Virus record (IMG/VR): IMGVR_UViG_3300021255_002485
Coordinates: 1-64,000 of that record
DNA: 64,000 nt
Source of the DNA: a virus
Lineage: Duplodnaviria > Caudoviricetes
Direction: 5' to 3' (one strand)
Of this stretch, positions 38,810 to 49,630 are shown piece after piece. Position numbers and translations under genes: made by a program. The notes under the pieces are model-generated. The model had not been told where the DNA came from. It ran no database searches and was given only the letters and a program-made list of their open reading frames with translations. The first letter of the stretch is position 1, and each line of letters opens with the position of its first letter.

Positions 38810-41800
38810 TCCTTCTCTGTAAACCGGGTGGAGTTACTCTTGGTGTAATAAATGGTATTGAAGAAGATTCTGCAACATTACATATGAGTGTTTCAGAAAC
38901 ATGGGAATTACGATTTGACGTACAACGTTTTATTGATATTGATGGTGTGCTGGCAGAAACTAATTATTACAAATCCATATCAGAAATGATGGAGCTGTAT
39001 TTAGAGTGTCAGTTTGGAAAAATCAGATTTCAAATAGACAAAGAGCCTATTACCACCAATGACGGTGTTGAAGAAAAGAAATCTGTCACTGCTCATTCTA
39101 TTGAGGTCGAATTACAGACGAAGTTTCTTCATCAGTTCAAGGTAAACTGTGGTACTTCGGATTCTCAGGAATACCTTGTAGGCTATTATGATGAAAATGG
39201 CGAGTTCATTAATGTAAACCTCAATCCGTATACCAATCTTCCTATTGATTATATTGTGATATATAACGATTATACTGAAAGATTGGCCGAGGTAAAGGAA
39301 AATCTGATTAATCTAGGAATTGAGAATGCTGTTTCTACTGTTGATGGTCAAATTACAAAAACCGATGAATTATATGATTATCTCTATAAAATATATTACG
39401 AATATCCTCGTTTAAGCGGAGATCCTATATCGGAAGAGGATTTTAGGGTATATTTGACACTGAGTAACGATACTTTCTATGTCGGACACGACGAGAATCA
39501 ATTCGATGCAGCTTTTCTTTTAGATGGAATAGACAGATTGATTTCATTTTATCAGCAATACGGAAATCAGCTATCTTTGATATCGTTAGCTTTTGAAAAT
39601 GCTACAGTGTCAGGATGGTCTATTGGTAATATTCCAGAGAATATCAGACATAAGAAGTATAATTTCTCTATTGATTCAAGAGATATACTTTCCTTTCTTA
39701 AAGAAGAACTATCACAAAAAATTAAAGTGATTGTAGACTTTGATCGTATGAATCGTAAGGTTGACATGATTGATGTAGTAGATCACGATGAAGAATTTGA
39801 TACCGGAGTATTTTTTACATATAGGAATCTGTTAAACTCTGTAGACATTCAAAGTTCATCAGACGATGGTATTAGAACGAAATTTATCCCCACAGGAGCA
39901 AATAATCTTGGTATTACATATGTAAATTTTGGAGAAAATGCCATTTACGACCTTGATTGGCTCATGGATAAAATAGATGAATATGACGACAATCAATATG
40001 TTTCTACGGATTTACATGATAAATATCATGCGTGGAAGGAATTTAGAAATAGTACTCCTGTGACATATTCTCTTAATGATGAGGTTGTCGAATATGACAA
40101 TCGTCGTATAGCATATTCTGATTTAACAAAACGCTATAACCAATACATGATTGATATCGATGCAATCAAGAATAAATTACCTAATGATGGATGCTCTGTT
40201 GATTATACTACTTTTCCATTCAAGGATTTGAATATTGCCTATCGTGCGTATATGAACGCTTTAGAAACCCTTGAACAATTATATATGTCCGATGTAGGAG
40301 CCGTTTCATTTGATAGAGCGACTACAATAGCTTTGGATTCAGATGGTAATATCAAAAAGAATATAAAAGATACATTTTATTGGAATGATTTCATCTGTTA
40401 TAGAGATACTATTATTCCAAACGTAATGAATGCTCTCAAAATGTATGTATTAACCGATTCTGACGGTAATCTTGATCCTACTGATCCTACTCAAAGAGAT
40501 CAAGAAACTGGAGATTGGATTGAATATGAGGGTGGAAATCCTTGGTATAATGGGGATTCCAAACGTGTCACAGAAAATATGTTCGATGCATATATATACG
40601 ATATGTCTTTATATGGGACGGTTGAATTAGCCGCAAAGCAGAAGGCATGGAGAGAATGTGCTGCCACCCTATTCAAGCCCGGATATATACTCGATTTAGA
40701 CGGTCATGTACTTGATATAGTGCCCACCAACGATCAGTACGTAATAAATACACCTGATGATGCAGGTTGGGCTAAACTTGACGATGAGCACAAACAGGGA
40801 TTCACGGGGCAAGTAGCCTTTGAAAAGGGTCTTACCGAATATTTAGATTATATGTCTAAAGAGGTTCGTGATAACGCTTTGACTAAAATGCAGTCAAAGG
40901 GTGTTGTCTGGATGTGTCAAGATGCTATTGACGCGCTTCAACCATCTATTGATGCAAAAATCGAAGAACAGCAAAAAGTTCAAGATTTGAGAAAAGATAT
41001 TGCTGCCGAGGTTACATTTGAAGCATGGGATTTTACAGATAAAGAACTCGAAATCTTATATACCCTTGTCCGAGAAGCTAATTACAATAATAGCAATATC
41101 CTCATTACAAATCTCGATGATATCGTATCTACTGTAGATGCTGAAGAAGAATTATATCAAGACGCGCTGATCGCTTTAAGCGAAAAGTCGAGACCTCAAT
41201 TAGCGTTTAGGATTGAATCCGACAACCTTTTTGCCCTTGATGAGTTCAAGGATTATCAAGAACAAGTCAGATTACTTAATTTTGTACGAGTTTCTATTGG
41301 ATTGTACGAAGACGAATTCGTAAAGCTTCGTATTATTAGTATAGAGTGCAATCCATTAATTCCAGATGATAATTTATCATTGGAATTCTCTAATATGACC
41401 TACTCTCTTCAAGGTGCAAGTGATTTTGCTTATCTTTTTGAGAATCTGAATGGGGGCATTACTTCTTCTGGTAATTCATCTTCCGGTGGATCTTCTGGAG
41501 GCTCATATGGAGATAATGATGCTGATATTACATTGGCTAATAATATGCTCAATGCCTTATTGAAGTCTCGTAATTATACTCAATCTCTTGGACAAACTAT
41601 TATAGGTGATATTGTAAATAATCAAGAAATCCGTAATCTCTTAGCTCAAAGCGGTGCATTTGAAAAACTTTCAAGTGGTGAGATTAGAATTAGCGGTGAA
41701 TGTTTGGTAGATATTATCAAATCATTTAATTACAACGGGACAGAATTAAATCCGTTAGGTAATACTGCTGGATCATATCAGAATTTGACGAATGGAACGT

Positions 41801-42612
41801 TTAATCTCGGTGGTGGTGGTATTATATGGGATGGACATGACTTGGTAATCAAAGCAGATACAGTCATGATTGGGAATCAAAACCTTGCAAATCAGATTAC
41901 TGCAATCGAAAATCAAGTGAATGATGTTCAAGATATTGCTGAAGAAACGGCGAGTTATCTGCAATGGAGCGATTCTGATGGATTAATAATTGGTAATCCT
42001 AATGCTACATACGGAACGTCATATAAATATCCTCGTTTACAGTTAAATAAAGGAACTATTAATTTATTAGTCGATACTGACAATGATGGTACTTCTGCTA
42101 CTCTATTGAAACTAAATGATGAAGGATTGGAATTTTATGATGATAACGGAAATAGTGATGCTGTATTTGGGTCTGATAATACACGTGTAGGCTATTCGAA
42201 TCAATACCATATTTCCATAGCGAATAACAGTATAACTATCGCAAATGGCGGAACCGAAATATTACAATTGGATAAAGACAGTATTTCCTACAATGGGAAT
42301 GATTTGCTGAAAAATAGCGATTCTATATCTTCATTAACAAATAATATTAAGACTTCGTCTGCCAGTACTACTATGTTTTTGAATGGAAACGGTCAAGGTA
42401 CAGCAACTGTTGATATTTCCGAATCCGGTTATACCCCAATAGGGATAATTGGGTATAACTCTAATAACGGAGATGTAGTTATTTCTACTGTTTCACTTAA
42501 TGGAAGTACCCAAGCCCAAATCAATGCGAGGAATTTATCTTCCTCTTCTATCACAACAAATATAACTATTAATGTATTGAAAATAAAAAATACCGCAAGA
42601 CTTATAGGTTAA
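38806..42612 (+). CDS. tail-associated/baseplate hub (Tal-like) protein
   Basis: 1268 aa after Dit, with a Gly/Ser linker and beta-rich spike-like C-terminus. Confidence 0.65.
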   Translation: MILLCKPGGVTLGVINGIEEDSATLHMSVSETWELRFDVQRFIDIDGVLAETNYYKSISEMMELYLECQFGKIRFQIDKEPITTNDGVEEKKSVTAHSIEVELQTKFLHQFKVNCGTSDSQEYLVGYYDENGEFINVNLNPYTNLPIDYIVIYNDYTERLAEVKENLINLGIENAVSTVDGQITKTDELYDYLYKIYYEYPRLSGDPISEEDFRVYLTLSNDTFYVGHDENQFDAAFLLDGIDRLISFYQQYGNQLSLISLAFENATVSGWSIGNIPENIRHKKYNFSIDSRDILSFLKEELSQKIKVIVDFDRMNRKVDMIDVVDHDEEFDTGVFFTYRNLLNSVDIQSSSDDGIRTKFIPTGANNLGITYVNFGENAIYDLDWLMDKIDEYDDNQYVSTDLHDKYHAWKEFRNSTPVTYSLNDEVVEYDNRRIAYSDLTKRYNQYMIDIDAIKNKLPNDGCSVDYTTFPFKDLNIAYRAYMNALETLEQLYMSDVGAVSFDRATTIALDSDGNIKKNIKDTFYWNDFICYRDTIIPNVMNALKMYVLTDSDGNLDPTDPTQRDQETGDWIEYEGGNPWYNGDSKRVTENMFDAYIYDMSLYGTVELAAKQKAWRECAATLFKPGYILDLDGHVLDIVPTNDQYVINTPDDAGWAKLDDEHKQGFTGQVAFEKGLTEYLDYMSKEVRDNALTKMQSKGVVWMCQDAIDALQPSIDAKIEEQQKVQDLRKDIAAEVTFEAWDFTDKELEILYTLVREANYNNSNILITNLDDIVSTVDAEEELYQDALIALSEKSRPQLAFRIESDNLFALDEFKDYQEQVRLLNFVRVSIGLYEDEFVKLRIISIECNPLIPDDNLSLEFSNMTYSLQGASDFAYLFENLNGGITSSGNSSSGGSSGGSYGDNDADITLANNMLNALLKSRNYTQSLGQTIIGDIVNNQEIRNLLAQSGAFEKLSSGEIRISGECLVDIIKSFNYNGTELNPLGNTAGSYQNLTNGTFNLGGGGIIWDGHDLVIKADTVMIGNQNLANQITAIENQVNDVQDIAEETASYLQWSDSDGLIIGNPNATYGTSYKYPRLQLNKGTINLLVDTDNDGTSATLLKLNDEGLEFYDDNGNSDAVFGSDNTRVGYSNQYHISIANNSITIANGGTEILQLDKDSISYNGNDLLKNSDSISSLTNNIKTSSASTTMFLNGNGQGTATVDISESGYTPIGIIGYNSNNGDVVISTVSLNGSTQAQINARNLSSSSITTNITINVLKIKNTARLIG

Positions 42613-42636
42613 CAAAGAAAGGAGGACTGCTGAAAA

Positions 42637-45600
42637 ATGAATTCTACAGTACAAGAATTAACATTAGGATTCTATAATGAAGCTGGCATATACACAGTTT
42701 ATGCTAAGCAAGGAGATACAAATCGGCAGCTTCATGTGCAGTTCGCGGATACTATTCAGCAGTATCTGCTTGAGGATGTTACATATGTTTATATAAAAGG
42801 AAAAACTTCTAATGGTACTATTTTGCCGCCAATTCTTATCCCTAATGACTGTATTTCAGAAGATAAGAGTGAAATGACATATACCATAGACTCTATTCTG
42901 CTTTCGGTTCCCGGAATAACGGAATGCGAAGTCTCAATTATGTCATGCGATGAAATGCCTGAGTTTGACGAAGAGGGAGTTTTAGTTAATGAAAACTATC
43001 AGATATTAACGACAGATACGTTTAATATTTATGTTGAAGCGAATGTCCAAAGTACAGGAGAACTAACTCCGTCAGAATCACAAATCATAAAACAATTGCT
43101 CCCCCTTGTTGTAGGTGCTCAACAATTAATTGATCACGACGCTATATATACCGCGAATGAGGAAATACGTACAGCAAATGAATTAACTCGAACGAATAAC
43201 GAAGTAGAGCGTGTAGATGCAGAAAACGAACGGAAGGAAACGGAAAATGAGCGTAATCGTGAAGAACAGCATAGAATCGCAAATGAGGGACGAGGAACGT
43301 ATCTCAATCCAGAAGACATTGATTATATAGATCAAGCTGGCGATTCTCAGACTGTACGATATCAAGATTCTCGCGTAGGTACAATGGAACGTATCAAAGC
43401 CATTAATGATGGTGGTTTTTATATCGACGATGATGGAACAATCGTAGAAATCAAAAATGAATACGTCAATTATGAGGGAGAAACGGTTGAAGCCGATTTA
43501 TCTGATTATGAAGGAATGTCTTATAAAGCTATTGCCGCTTCCATGGGTGATAGTGTTAAACAATCAGAGAAATATCATATTCTTGCTAAATCCTATGCCA
43601 ATGGAGATACGGGTATAGCAGAGCGTCCCGATGAAGACACGGATAATTCAATGTATTATTCGAAATTAGCGAAATCTTGGGCAGTTGGCGGAACGGGTAT
43701 TCGAGATGATGAAGATACAGATAGTGCTAAAGCACAGGCAGATCGAGCACAAACTATTTCTGACAATATAGATGGTTCTCTTAAACCAATGGGACCAATA
43801 CTATTTGAGAATTTACCGAATAATCCTCGTGTCGGATGGATGTATCAAGCAATGAATGACTTTGTAACCGACGACAGATTTATCGAGGGCGCGGGTGTAC
43901 AAGGTTATGTTGGTGATGAAATCTATTTTACAAATCAGAATAAATGGAGTGTCTTTTTAGGCAGAGCTGTTCGCGGTGTCAAAGGAGCTGCTGAAGACGA
44001 TTACCGCACAGGTGAAGTATCATTATCTGCTAAAAACGTGGGTGCAATTCCTGATGTTTCAGAAGATGCTATGATAGGACAAACTGTTATTTATGATGGA
44101 GAAGGTTGGGTTCCGGGCGATACAATGCCAGACGGTTTGTTAGACGGAAATGTTGAATTCACAGACCTTCAGATAGGTACTCGTGATACTACAATGTATT
44201 CTGATAATCCATTTACACTAACTAATGGTAGAGATCTATCAGTATTAGGTTATGCATCTCACGCTGAGGGCGATGCTACATGGACAGATGGAGCCTTTTC
44301 ACATGCTGAAGGAGTTAGCACAACAGCTAATGGAGAGGGTTCACATGCCGAGGGGATTGGAACTGTAGCCAGACAACCTTATCAACATGTAACCGGTATG
44401 TATAATAGTAATAAAATTGATACGCTGTTTGAGGTTGGTAATGGTAATTATGCACGAATAAAGCAAATTCAATCAGAAATCAGCGAATTAGACCCTGATG
44501 GTGACGCTGAAGCTATTGAGGATTTAAGAATTCAATTGAAAGAGCTTACTTCTACTTCTAATGCTTTCGAAGTTACTTCAGATGGTTATATAAGAACTAA
44601 AGGTGGAACTACTAAAATTGCTTTTGGTATTGACGCAAATGGCAATTATGGATATATAAAGGATGGTGCGGATACAGTCACCCCTTTTAAGAATCCTCAA
44701 GGAACAAAAACAGATACTATTACTACTGCCGGAACATTTACTTATGATGTGACCGATTATGCTAATCATCAGGTTGTTATTAAAGCTGCCGATCATATTA
44801 AGAAAATATGGTTTCCAAAAGGATTTAATAATTACAAATATACAGGGGATACCGAGACAGACATATATGCTTACAATTATCAAATGATTAGCTTAAAACG
44901 AATTGGTTATTTTAAGCAAGATGGAACAACCTATGCTCCATTACCGACGATTAGTGTGATTAATCGTCCAATGGCATATGTTGAAGATACGATTACCCAA
45001 AATAATTATCGAAGAATAATTCCGGTTTCATTTGGAAATATAATTATAGGTTGTTCAGCTAAAACTTTTTCTATTGAAGCTGAGTTATCCCCATCAAAAC
45101 TGTCAGTAAACCAAAAAACTATTACGTATTCAACCACATTAAACCATGCTATGCCATATAATATTACATCATACAATGCTCAGGTATGGTATACTTTGAT
45201 GTATGTTAGTCCGAATTTCTATGTTTTATTGTACTCTTGGGCTACAAACGCTTATTCGTTATCTCAGTTATTCTTTAAGTGTATTAGTATTGACCAACAA
45301 ACACTTAAACCTGCAATAACTCCTACGGCTGCTACTGCTTTTGCTGATGCAGTTGCTTCTACTGCTGCGGCTTTTGGTAATCAAAATAAGCAATTCTTTT
45401 CTATGTATCCGTTAATAGCGGCTTCCGATTGTGAAGAATTTGCGTTATTCCAAACAAAAGATATATATGGCACAGACAAAAATAAAACACAAAATAAATC
45501 AACAGTCACATATAAATATAATAACATGCTGAAGAAGGGGCAGACCGCATCACTTAGGTCGACAACATGGACTACTGTAGCCAATGCAGTTGATATGTTT

Positions 45601-46248
45601 AAAGATCCAAGTAATAAGCAAGCTGAAGCACAACTTATTCCATATTTAGGATTAAATTATTATCAACAGACAACCGCTACTAATGGTCTTGGAACTTCAT
45701 ATTACAACAATTTTGGTTCTTTATATGGAGCACCATTAGCTGAACAACAGAAAGACACCATAAATACTTTCTTAAACCTTTACAATGTTGTATGTGTTGG
45801 GACATTATCTAATGGATATTTGCTTTGCTTAAAATATGTTATGTATAATGACTCTTCTGCTTCAGCATTAAATATTAAGCATATTTATGGTTTTCTCGCT
45901 AAAACAAATAGAGCCACACGTCGTTTAGAATTAGCACCTATCGGAAAATATATTGAAAATAAGTATCTGAATACTGATTATATGACGCTATTTGAAATTG
46001 TAACTCCAACTGATGCTCCTATTTTGCTCGACGGTGATATTTTAGCTGTTCCAAACGCTTCCTCTGCATATTTATATCATGTTTATATTGATGAAAATGC
46101 AAATTCCGGTGCCAGAGTCAAATATCTTAAAACTGTTGAAGCAGATCGTTGGTACTACTTTAATTCCTGGAATAATCATTTAAATACTAATTTCTGGCAG
46201 AATCATGATATGTCGGTAGCAAATGGATATATTGTTGAATATGCATAA
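42637..46248 (+). CDS. BppU-like upper baseplate / tail fibre protein
   Basis: N-terminal AKQGDTNR motif, E..R..NE coiled repeats, SHAEG repeats, distinct C-terminal domain. Confidence 0.7.
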   Translation: MNSTVQELTLGFYNEAGIYTVYAKQGDTNRQLHVQFADTIQQYLLEDVTYVYIKGKTSNGTILPPILIPNDCISEDKSEMTYTIDSILLSVPGITECEVSIMSCDEMPEFDEEGVLVNENYQILTTDTFNIYVEANVQSTGELTPSESQIIKQLLPLVVGAQQLIDHDAIYTANEEIRTANELTRTNNEVERVDAENERKETENERNREEQHRIANEGRGTYLNPEDIDYIDQAGDSQTVRYQDSRVGTMERIKAINDGGFYIDDDGTIVEIKNEYVNYEGETVEADLSDYEGMSYKAIAASMGDSVKQSEKYHILAKSYANGDTGIAERPDEDTDNSMYYSKLAKSWAVGGTGIRDDEDTDSAKAQADRAQTISDNIDGSLKPMGPILFENLPNNPRVGWMYQAMNDFVTDDRFIEGAGVQGYVGDEIYFTNQNKWSVFLGRAVRGVKGAAEDDYRTGEVSLSAKNVGAIPDVSEDAMIGQTVIYDGEGWVPGDTMPDGLLDGNVEFTDLQIGTRDTTMYSDNPFTLTNGRDLSVLGYASHAEGDATWTDGAFSHAEGVSTTANGEGSHAEGIGTVARQPYQHVTGMYNSNKIDTLFEVGNGNYARIKQIQSEISELDPDGDAEAIEDLRIQLKELTSTSNAFEVTSDGYIRTKGGTTKIAFGIDANGNYGYIKDGADTVTPFKNPQGTKTDTITTAGTFTYDVTDYANHQVVIKAADHIKKIWFPKGFNNYKYTGDTETDIYAYNYQMISLKRIGYFKQDGTTYAPLPTISVINRPMAYVEDTITQNNYRRIIPVSFGNIIIGCSAKTFSIEAELSPSKLSVNQKTITYSTTLNHAMPYNITSYNAQVWYTLMYVSPNFYVLLYSWATNAYSLSQLFFKCISIDQQTLKPAITPTAATAFADAVASTAAAFGNQNKQFFSMYPLIAASDCEEFALFQTKDIYGTDKNKTQNKSTVTYKYNNMLKKGQTASLRSTTWTTVANAVDMFKDPSNKQAEAQLIPYLGLNYYQQTTATNGLGTSYYNNFGSLYGAPLAEQQKDTINTFLNLYNVVCVGTLSNGYLLCLKYVMYNDSSASALNIKHIYGFLAKTNRATRRLELAPIGKYIENKYLNTDYMTLFEIVTPTDAPILLDGDILAVPNASSAYLYHVYIDENANSGARVKYLKTVEADRWYYFNSWNNHLNTNFWQNHDMSVANGYIVEYA

Positions 46249-46258
46249 AGGAGGTATC

Positions 46259-46453
46259 ATGGCACATATAACTGAAGCATATATTACAATTCACAAGACA
46301 TTTAATACAAACGAGACACAGGATGATCCTCAGTTTTGGTCAGATAATATGATTCAAAAATATCTGACGGAACATGCGATAAGTCCTGATGATGTCGAAA
46401 CAGTTACGGCATCTGTAGAAACTTTCGATTCCGATGAAACTTCAGAAGAATAA
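46259..46453 (+). CDS. small acidic protein
   Basis: AAAGGAGG RBS before ATG 46259, followed by a terminator hairpin. Confidence 0.55.
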   Translation: MAHITEAYITIHKTFNTNETQDDPQFWSDNMIQKYLTEHAISPDDVETVTASVETFDSDETSEE

Positions 46454-46536
46454 TAGACAAGGAGACGCAATCAGCGTCTCCTGTTTTGTATCATAATAGG
46501 TTTCTTTGGAATTATTTTATGAAAAGGACTAAAGAT

Positions 46537-46800
46537 TTCAGTAACCCACGACTGAAGTCGTGGGATTGTTAGAAACCACTACATAGTGGTGACAATCCCA
46601 ATGCTGAATAGCCTAAATCCTACGAGGACTACGTTAAGAGAGAATATATAGGCACTTTGGAATGTATAGCCAAGTTCCGAACACTGCGGTCAGTGATTAA
46701 ACAATTCTGTTGGGTAGGGATAGTGTTGCTGATAAAAACCTCTCATTAACATTGGCGATGGCTACCTAACCACTCTTCGGAGTGAGTAATTAAAATAATC
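46537..46800 (+). ncRNA. IscB-type omegaRNA / HEARO RNA scaffold (IS200/IS605 OMEGA remnant) with no IscB gene
   Basis: End hairpin CCCACGACTGAAGTCGTGGG. HEARO-like blocks TAGCCTAA, GACTACGTT, ATAGGCAC, CTGCGG, GATTAAACA, AACATTGGCGA. Pairings GTTAAGAGAG/CTCTCATTAAC and TAGCCA/TGGCTA. Ends at an AAAGGAG RBS. Confidence 0.85.
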
Positions 46801-46822
46801 GAAAGGAGTATATGATGATTTT

Positions 46823-47206
46823 ATGATTAAATATACAAGAACAACAGCGGATAAACTTGATACCGTTCCTTTGATAGACGGACAAGTAATAACCGTTTTA
46901 GATGGAGATAATTATATCCAATATTATGATTTTTATGATTCCAATTCTAATACCGTAATCAGAAGAACTGCCAAATCAAGCGGTAGCGGTCATACTATCC
47001 TCAACGGCTCCGGCACGTCAATGACGCAGAGAAGCAATCTGCAATTCAGCGGCGGTCTTACAACGTCAGATGATAGCACCAATGGCAAGACGGTAGTATC
47101 TGTAGATGTGACTAATCAGATAACACAGTCAGAAACCAAACCCGTATCATCAGGTGCGGTATATACAGCTATAGGCAATATAGAAACACTATTAGCAAGT
47201 ATTTGA
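46823..47206 (+). CDS. tail fibre-related protein
   Basis: GHTI..TQRSNLQF and PVSSGAVY motifs of fibre repeat modules. Confidence 0.55.
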   Translation: MIKYTRTTADKLDTVPLIDGQVITVLDGDNYIQYYDFYDSNSNTVIRRTAKSSGSGHTILNGSGTSMTQRSNLQFSGGLTTSDDSTNGKTVVSVDVTNQITQSETKPVSSGAVYTAIGNIETLLASI

Positions 47207-47216
47207 GAGGTGGATC

Positions 47217-48206
47217 ATGAGTATATCAAGTGAAATAAGCAGAATAACCACCGACAGAAATAACATTCGCGCGAAACTTGTAGATATGAGCCTTGCTACA
47301 TCTACAGATGATTTAGATGCACTTACAGAAGCAATACAAGGAATATCTAATCAAGGTGCGAAAACAGCAAGTTTAGATGCTTCAAATACCTCTTATACTA
47401 TTCCGCAAGGTTATCATAATGGTAATGGTAGGGTGAGTGTATCAACTCAAACCAAATCAGCTACACCATCAACATCGGCGCAGACCATATCACCCGATAG
47501 CGGAAAACTATTATCAAGTGTTACTGTAGATGCCATGAACTTGCAGAATAAGACCGTAACACCTACATCATCACAGCAGATTATTACCGCTGATAGTGGA
47601 TATGACGGGTTAGACGAGGTAACTGTAGAAGCAGGTGGAACTGTTCATACAGATACTTATAATCCTGCTGTTAATACATCAGCTAATGATATGGGTGCGT
47701 CACATAAGTATAGATATGTTAATACAAGCGGAATGATAAAGCCGAGTGGAACTACAAGTGCAAACTATACCACCAATGGTACATCCACGGTTAATGTAAA
47801 GAACTATGAGAATATCAGTATTACAAGAAACATCAGTGCGAGTTTGTCAAGGACTAAATTATGGGAAAATAGTAAACCAGATACAGCTTTTAATGCTCAA
47901 ACTGTAACTCTAGCTCAATCCATAGCAAACTTTCAATATATAGAAATAGAATGGCGGGCTAGATATACTACAATTTCAAATATTACTTCATCTGTAATAC
48001 TAAGGTTGGCTGATTTTAAAAAAACTGCTAATGCACAAAATAACCCCGCGATTGGTATGCTTTATAATCATTCTGGCCCAATATATTGCAGAAGAGCGCA
48101 TTACGTTAGCGATACGCAAGTAAATTTTTCTATTGCGTATGCATTAAATACAGCATCGTCAGCTAATCATATAATATTACCATTACATATTTATGGGCTT
48201 AAGTAA
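47217..48206 (+). CDS. tail fibre/receptor-binding-like protein
   Basis: TIPQGYHNG and TPTSSQQ.ITADSGYDGL..VTV repeats, Thr/Ser-rich. Confidence 0.6.
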   Translation: MSISSEISRITTDRNNIRAKLVDMSLATSTDDLDALTEAIQGISNQGAKTASLDASNTSYTIPQGYHNGNGRVSVSTQTKSATPSTSAQTISPDSGKLLSSVTVDAMNLQNKTVTPTSSQQIITADSGYDGLDEVTVEAGGTVHTDTYNPAVNTSANDMGASHKYRYVNTSGMIKPSGTTSANYTTNGTSTVNVKNYENISITRNISASLSRTKLWENSKPDTAFNAQTVTLAQSIANFQYIEIEWRARYTTISNITSSVILRLADFKKTANAQNNPAIGMLYNHSGPIYCRRAHYVSDTQVNFSIAYALNTASSANHIILPLHIYGLK

Positions 48207-48221
48207 AGGAGGAAAATAAAA

Positions 48222-48443
48222 ATGAAATACTATGTACTTGAAATCACAACTGTAAATGGAGAAACAGCAAAAGCAGTATGGGAATTTGATAATATCACAG
48301 ATGCTAAATCAAGATATTATGGAATACTCTCGTCAGCTTATGCTAATCCTAATCTCACTTATGCACTTGTTCAGATAATCAATGATATTGGTTATTGTGA
48401 GGTAATGGAGAGGATACCGATAGCTACTGATGAGGTAGAGTAA
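48222..48443 (+). CDS. small hypothetical protein (possible fibre chaperone)
   Basis: AAAGGAGG RBS, follows the fibre gene. Confidence 0.5.
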   Translation: MKYYVLEITTVNGETAKAVWEFDNITDAKSRYYGILSSAYANPNLTYALVQIINDIGYCEVMERIPIATDEVE

Positions 48444-48464
48444 ATTCATCGGAGATAAACTCAA

Positions 48465-48848
48465 ATGAATTATAATAAAGCAAAAGAATATGCCAAAAGA
48501 CATGCTGATCGAGTAAAACAACGACAAAATCTCAAAGCATTATGGCATAAAAATGATAAAGAGAAAAAGCCGTGGACTTTTACAAAAAAGCTCACGGCTT
48601 TTCTTATTGCAAATTGTTTAGTAATTGAAATCTATTCTTTAGTAACTATGTGGCACTTTATGGATATTTCTGCTCTTGCCGCTCTTATTGCAGCTGTGGT
48701 CGGAGAATGTATCTGTATGTGTGCTTACGTAGTCAAATCTACTATCGAAAATAAAGTTGGTGGAATTACCTACGAAACTGCTATGAAAGACGGATTTCAT
48801 TTGCCAAACGAAATGAGCGAAAAGGAAAAAAATGAAGCCGCTGGCTAG
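48465..48848 (+). CDS. two-TM holin-like protein
   Basis: Two hydrophobic segments, near the endolysin. Confidence 0.55.
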   Translation: MNYNKAKEYAKRHADRVKQRQNLKALWHKNDKEKKPWTFTKKLTAFLIANCLVIEIYSLVTMWHFMDISALAALIAAVVGECICMCAYVVKSTIENKVGGITYETAMKDGFHLPNEMSEKEKNEAAG

Positions 48849-48862
48849 AAAGGAGAATCAGA

Positions 48863-49612
48863 TTGATAATAGATTTTCAGGCTGTATCAGCGAGTGAATT
48901 TGCAAAAATGACCAAAGATCCACATGTGTTCTATTTAGTAACGTCCGATGCTTCTTTAGAAGCGGGATTATATAAATTAGATGGTACATATGTGCCTTGG
49001 AAAGATTTAGTAGATCAGAAACTAGTTGATGTATCATTTTATACTTATGGTAACTATGCATATAGTCGTAATGACGAACAATTACAAGGAATTTTAGTAT
49101 TCCCAGATACTATAAAAGGTATTTCAAAGGATGGATTTTCTGGTTGTGCATATTTGACAGCAGTTTATTTATCAGATTCTATGGAGGCTATTGGCCAATA
49201 TGGTTTTTATGGTTGTACTAGTTTAGCAGAAGTACACTTTGCAACTAATACTTCAATTAACGATTATGCATTTAGATATTGTTCTAGTCTGACTTCAATA
49301 GAAATTCCAAATACCATTATACCTAAATACGCTTTTGGTAATTGTAGCAATTTGAATTCTGTTATATTTTCATCAAATTTGCAAAGAATACAAGAAGGTG
49401 CTTTTGAAGACTGCATTTCATTAACTTCTATTGATTTACCGTCAACAATACAAAGATTTGATCAGTGGGTGTTTGCTCGTTGTACTAGTCTAAAAATAAT
49501 TAATTATGCAGGAACAAAACAACAATGGAATAGTATTCTAAAACTAAATGAATGGGCATATGGAACTCCGTCACCTATAGTTCATTGTTCGGACGGAGAT
49601 ATTCAGTTATAA
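48863..49612 (+). CDS. BspA-type leucine-rich repeat protein
   Basis: Repeats I..YAF..C.SL..I.IP. Confidence 0.8.
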   Translation: MIIDFQAVSASEFAKMTKDPHVFYLVTSDASLEAGLYKLDGTYVPWKDLVDQKLVDVSFYTYGNYAYSRNDEQLQGILVFPDTIKGISKDGFSGCAYLTAVYLSDSMEAIGQYGFYGCTSLAEVHFATNTSINDYAFRYCSSLTSIEIPNTIIPKYAFGNCSNLNSVIFSSNLQRIQEGAFEDCISLTSIDLPSTIQRFDQWVFARCTSLKIINYAGTKQQWNSILKLNEWAYGTPSPIVHCSDGDIQL

Positions 49613-49630
49613 GAATAGGAGGTACAGCTT

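Noticed and set aside
42637-48206. Diversity-generating retroelement acting on fibre genes
   Set aside because: No reverse transcriptase and no TR/VR pair differing at adenines was detected by eye.
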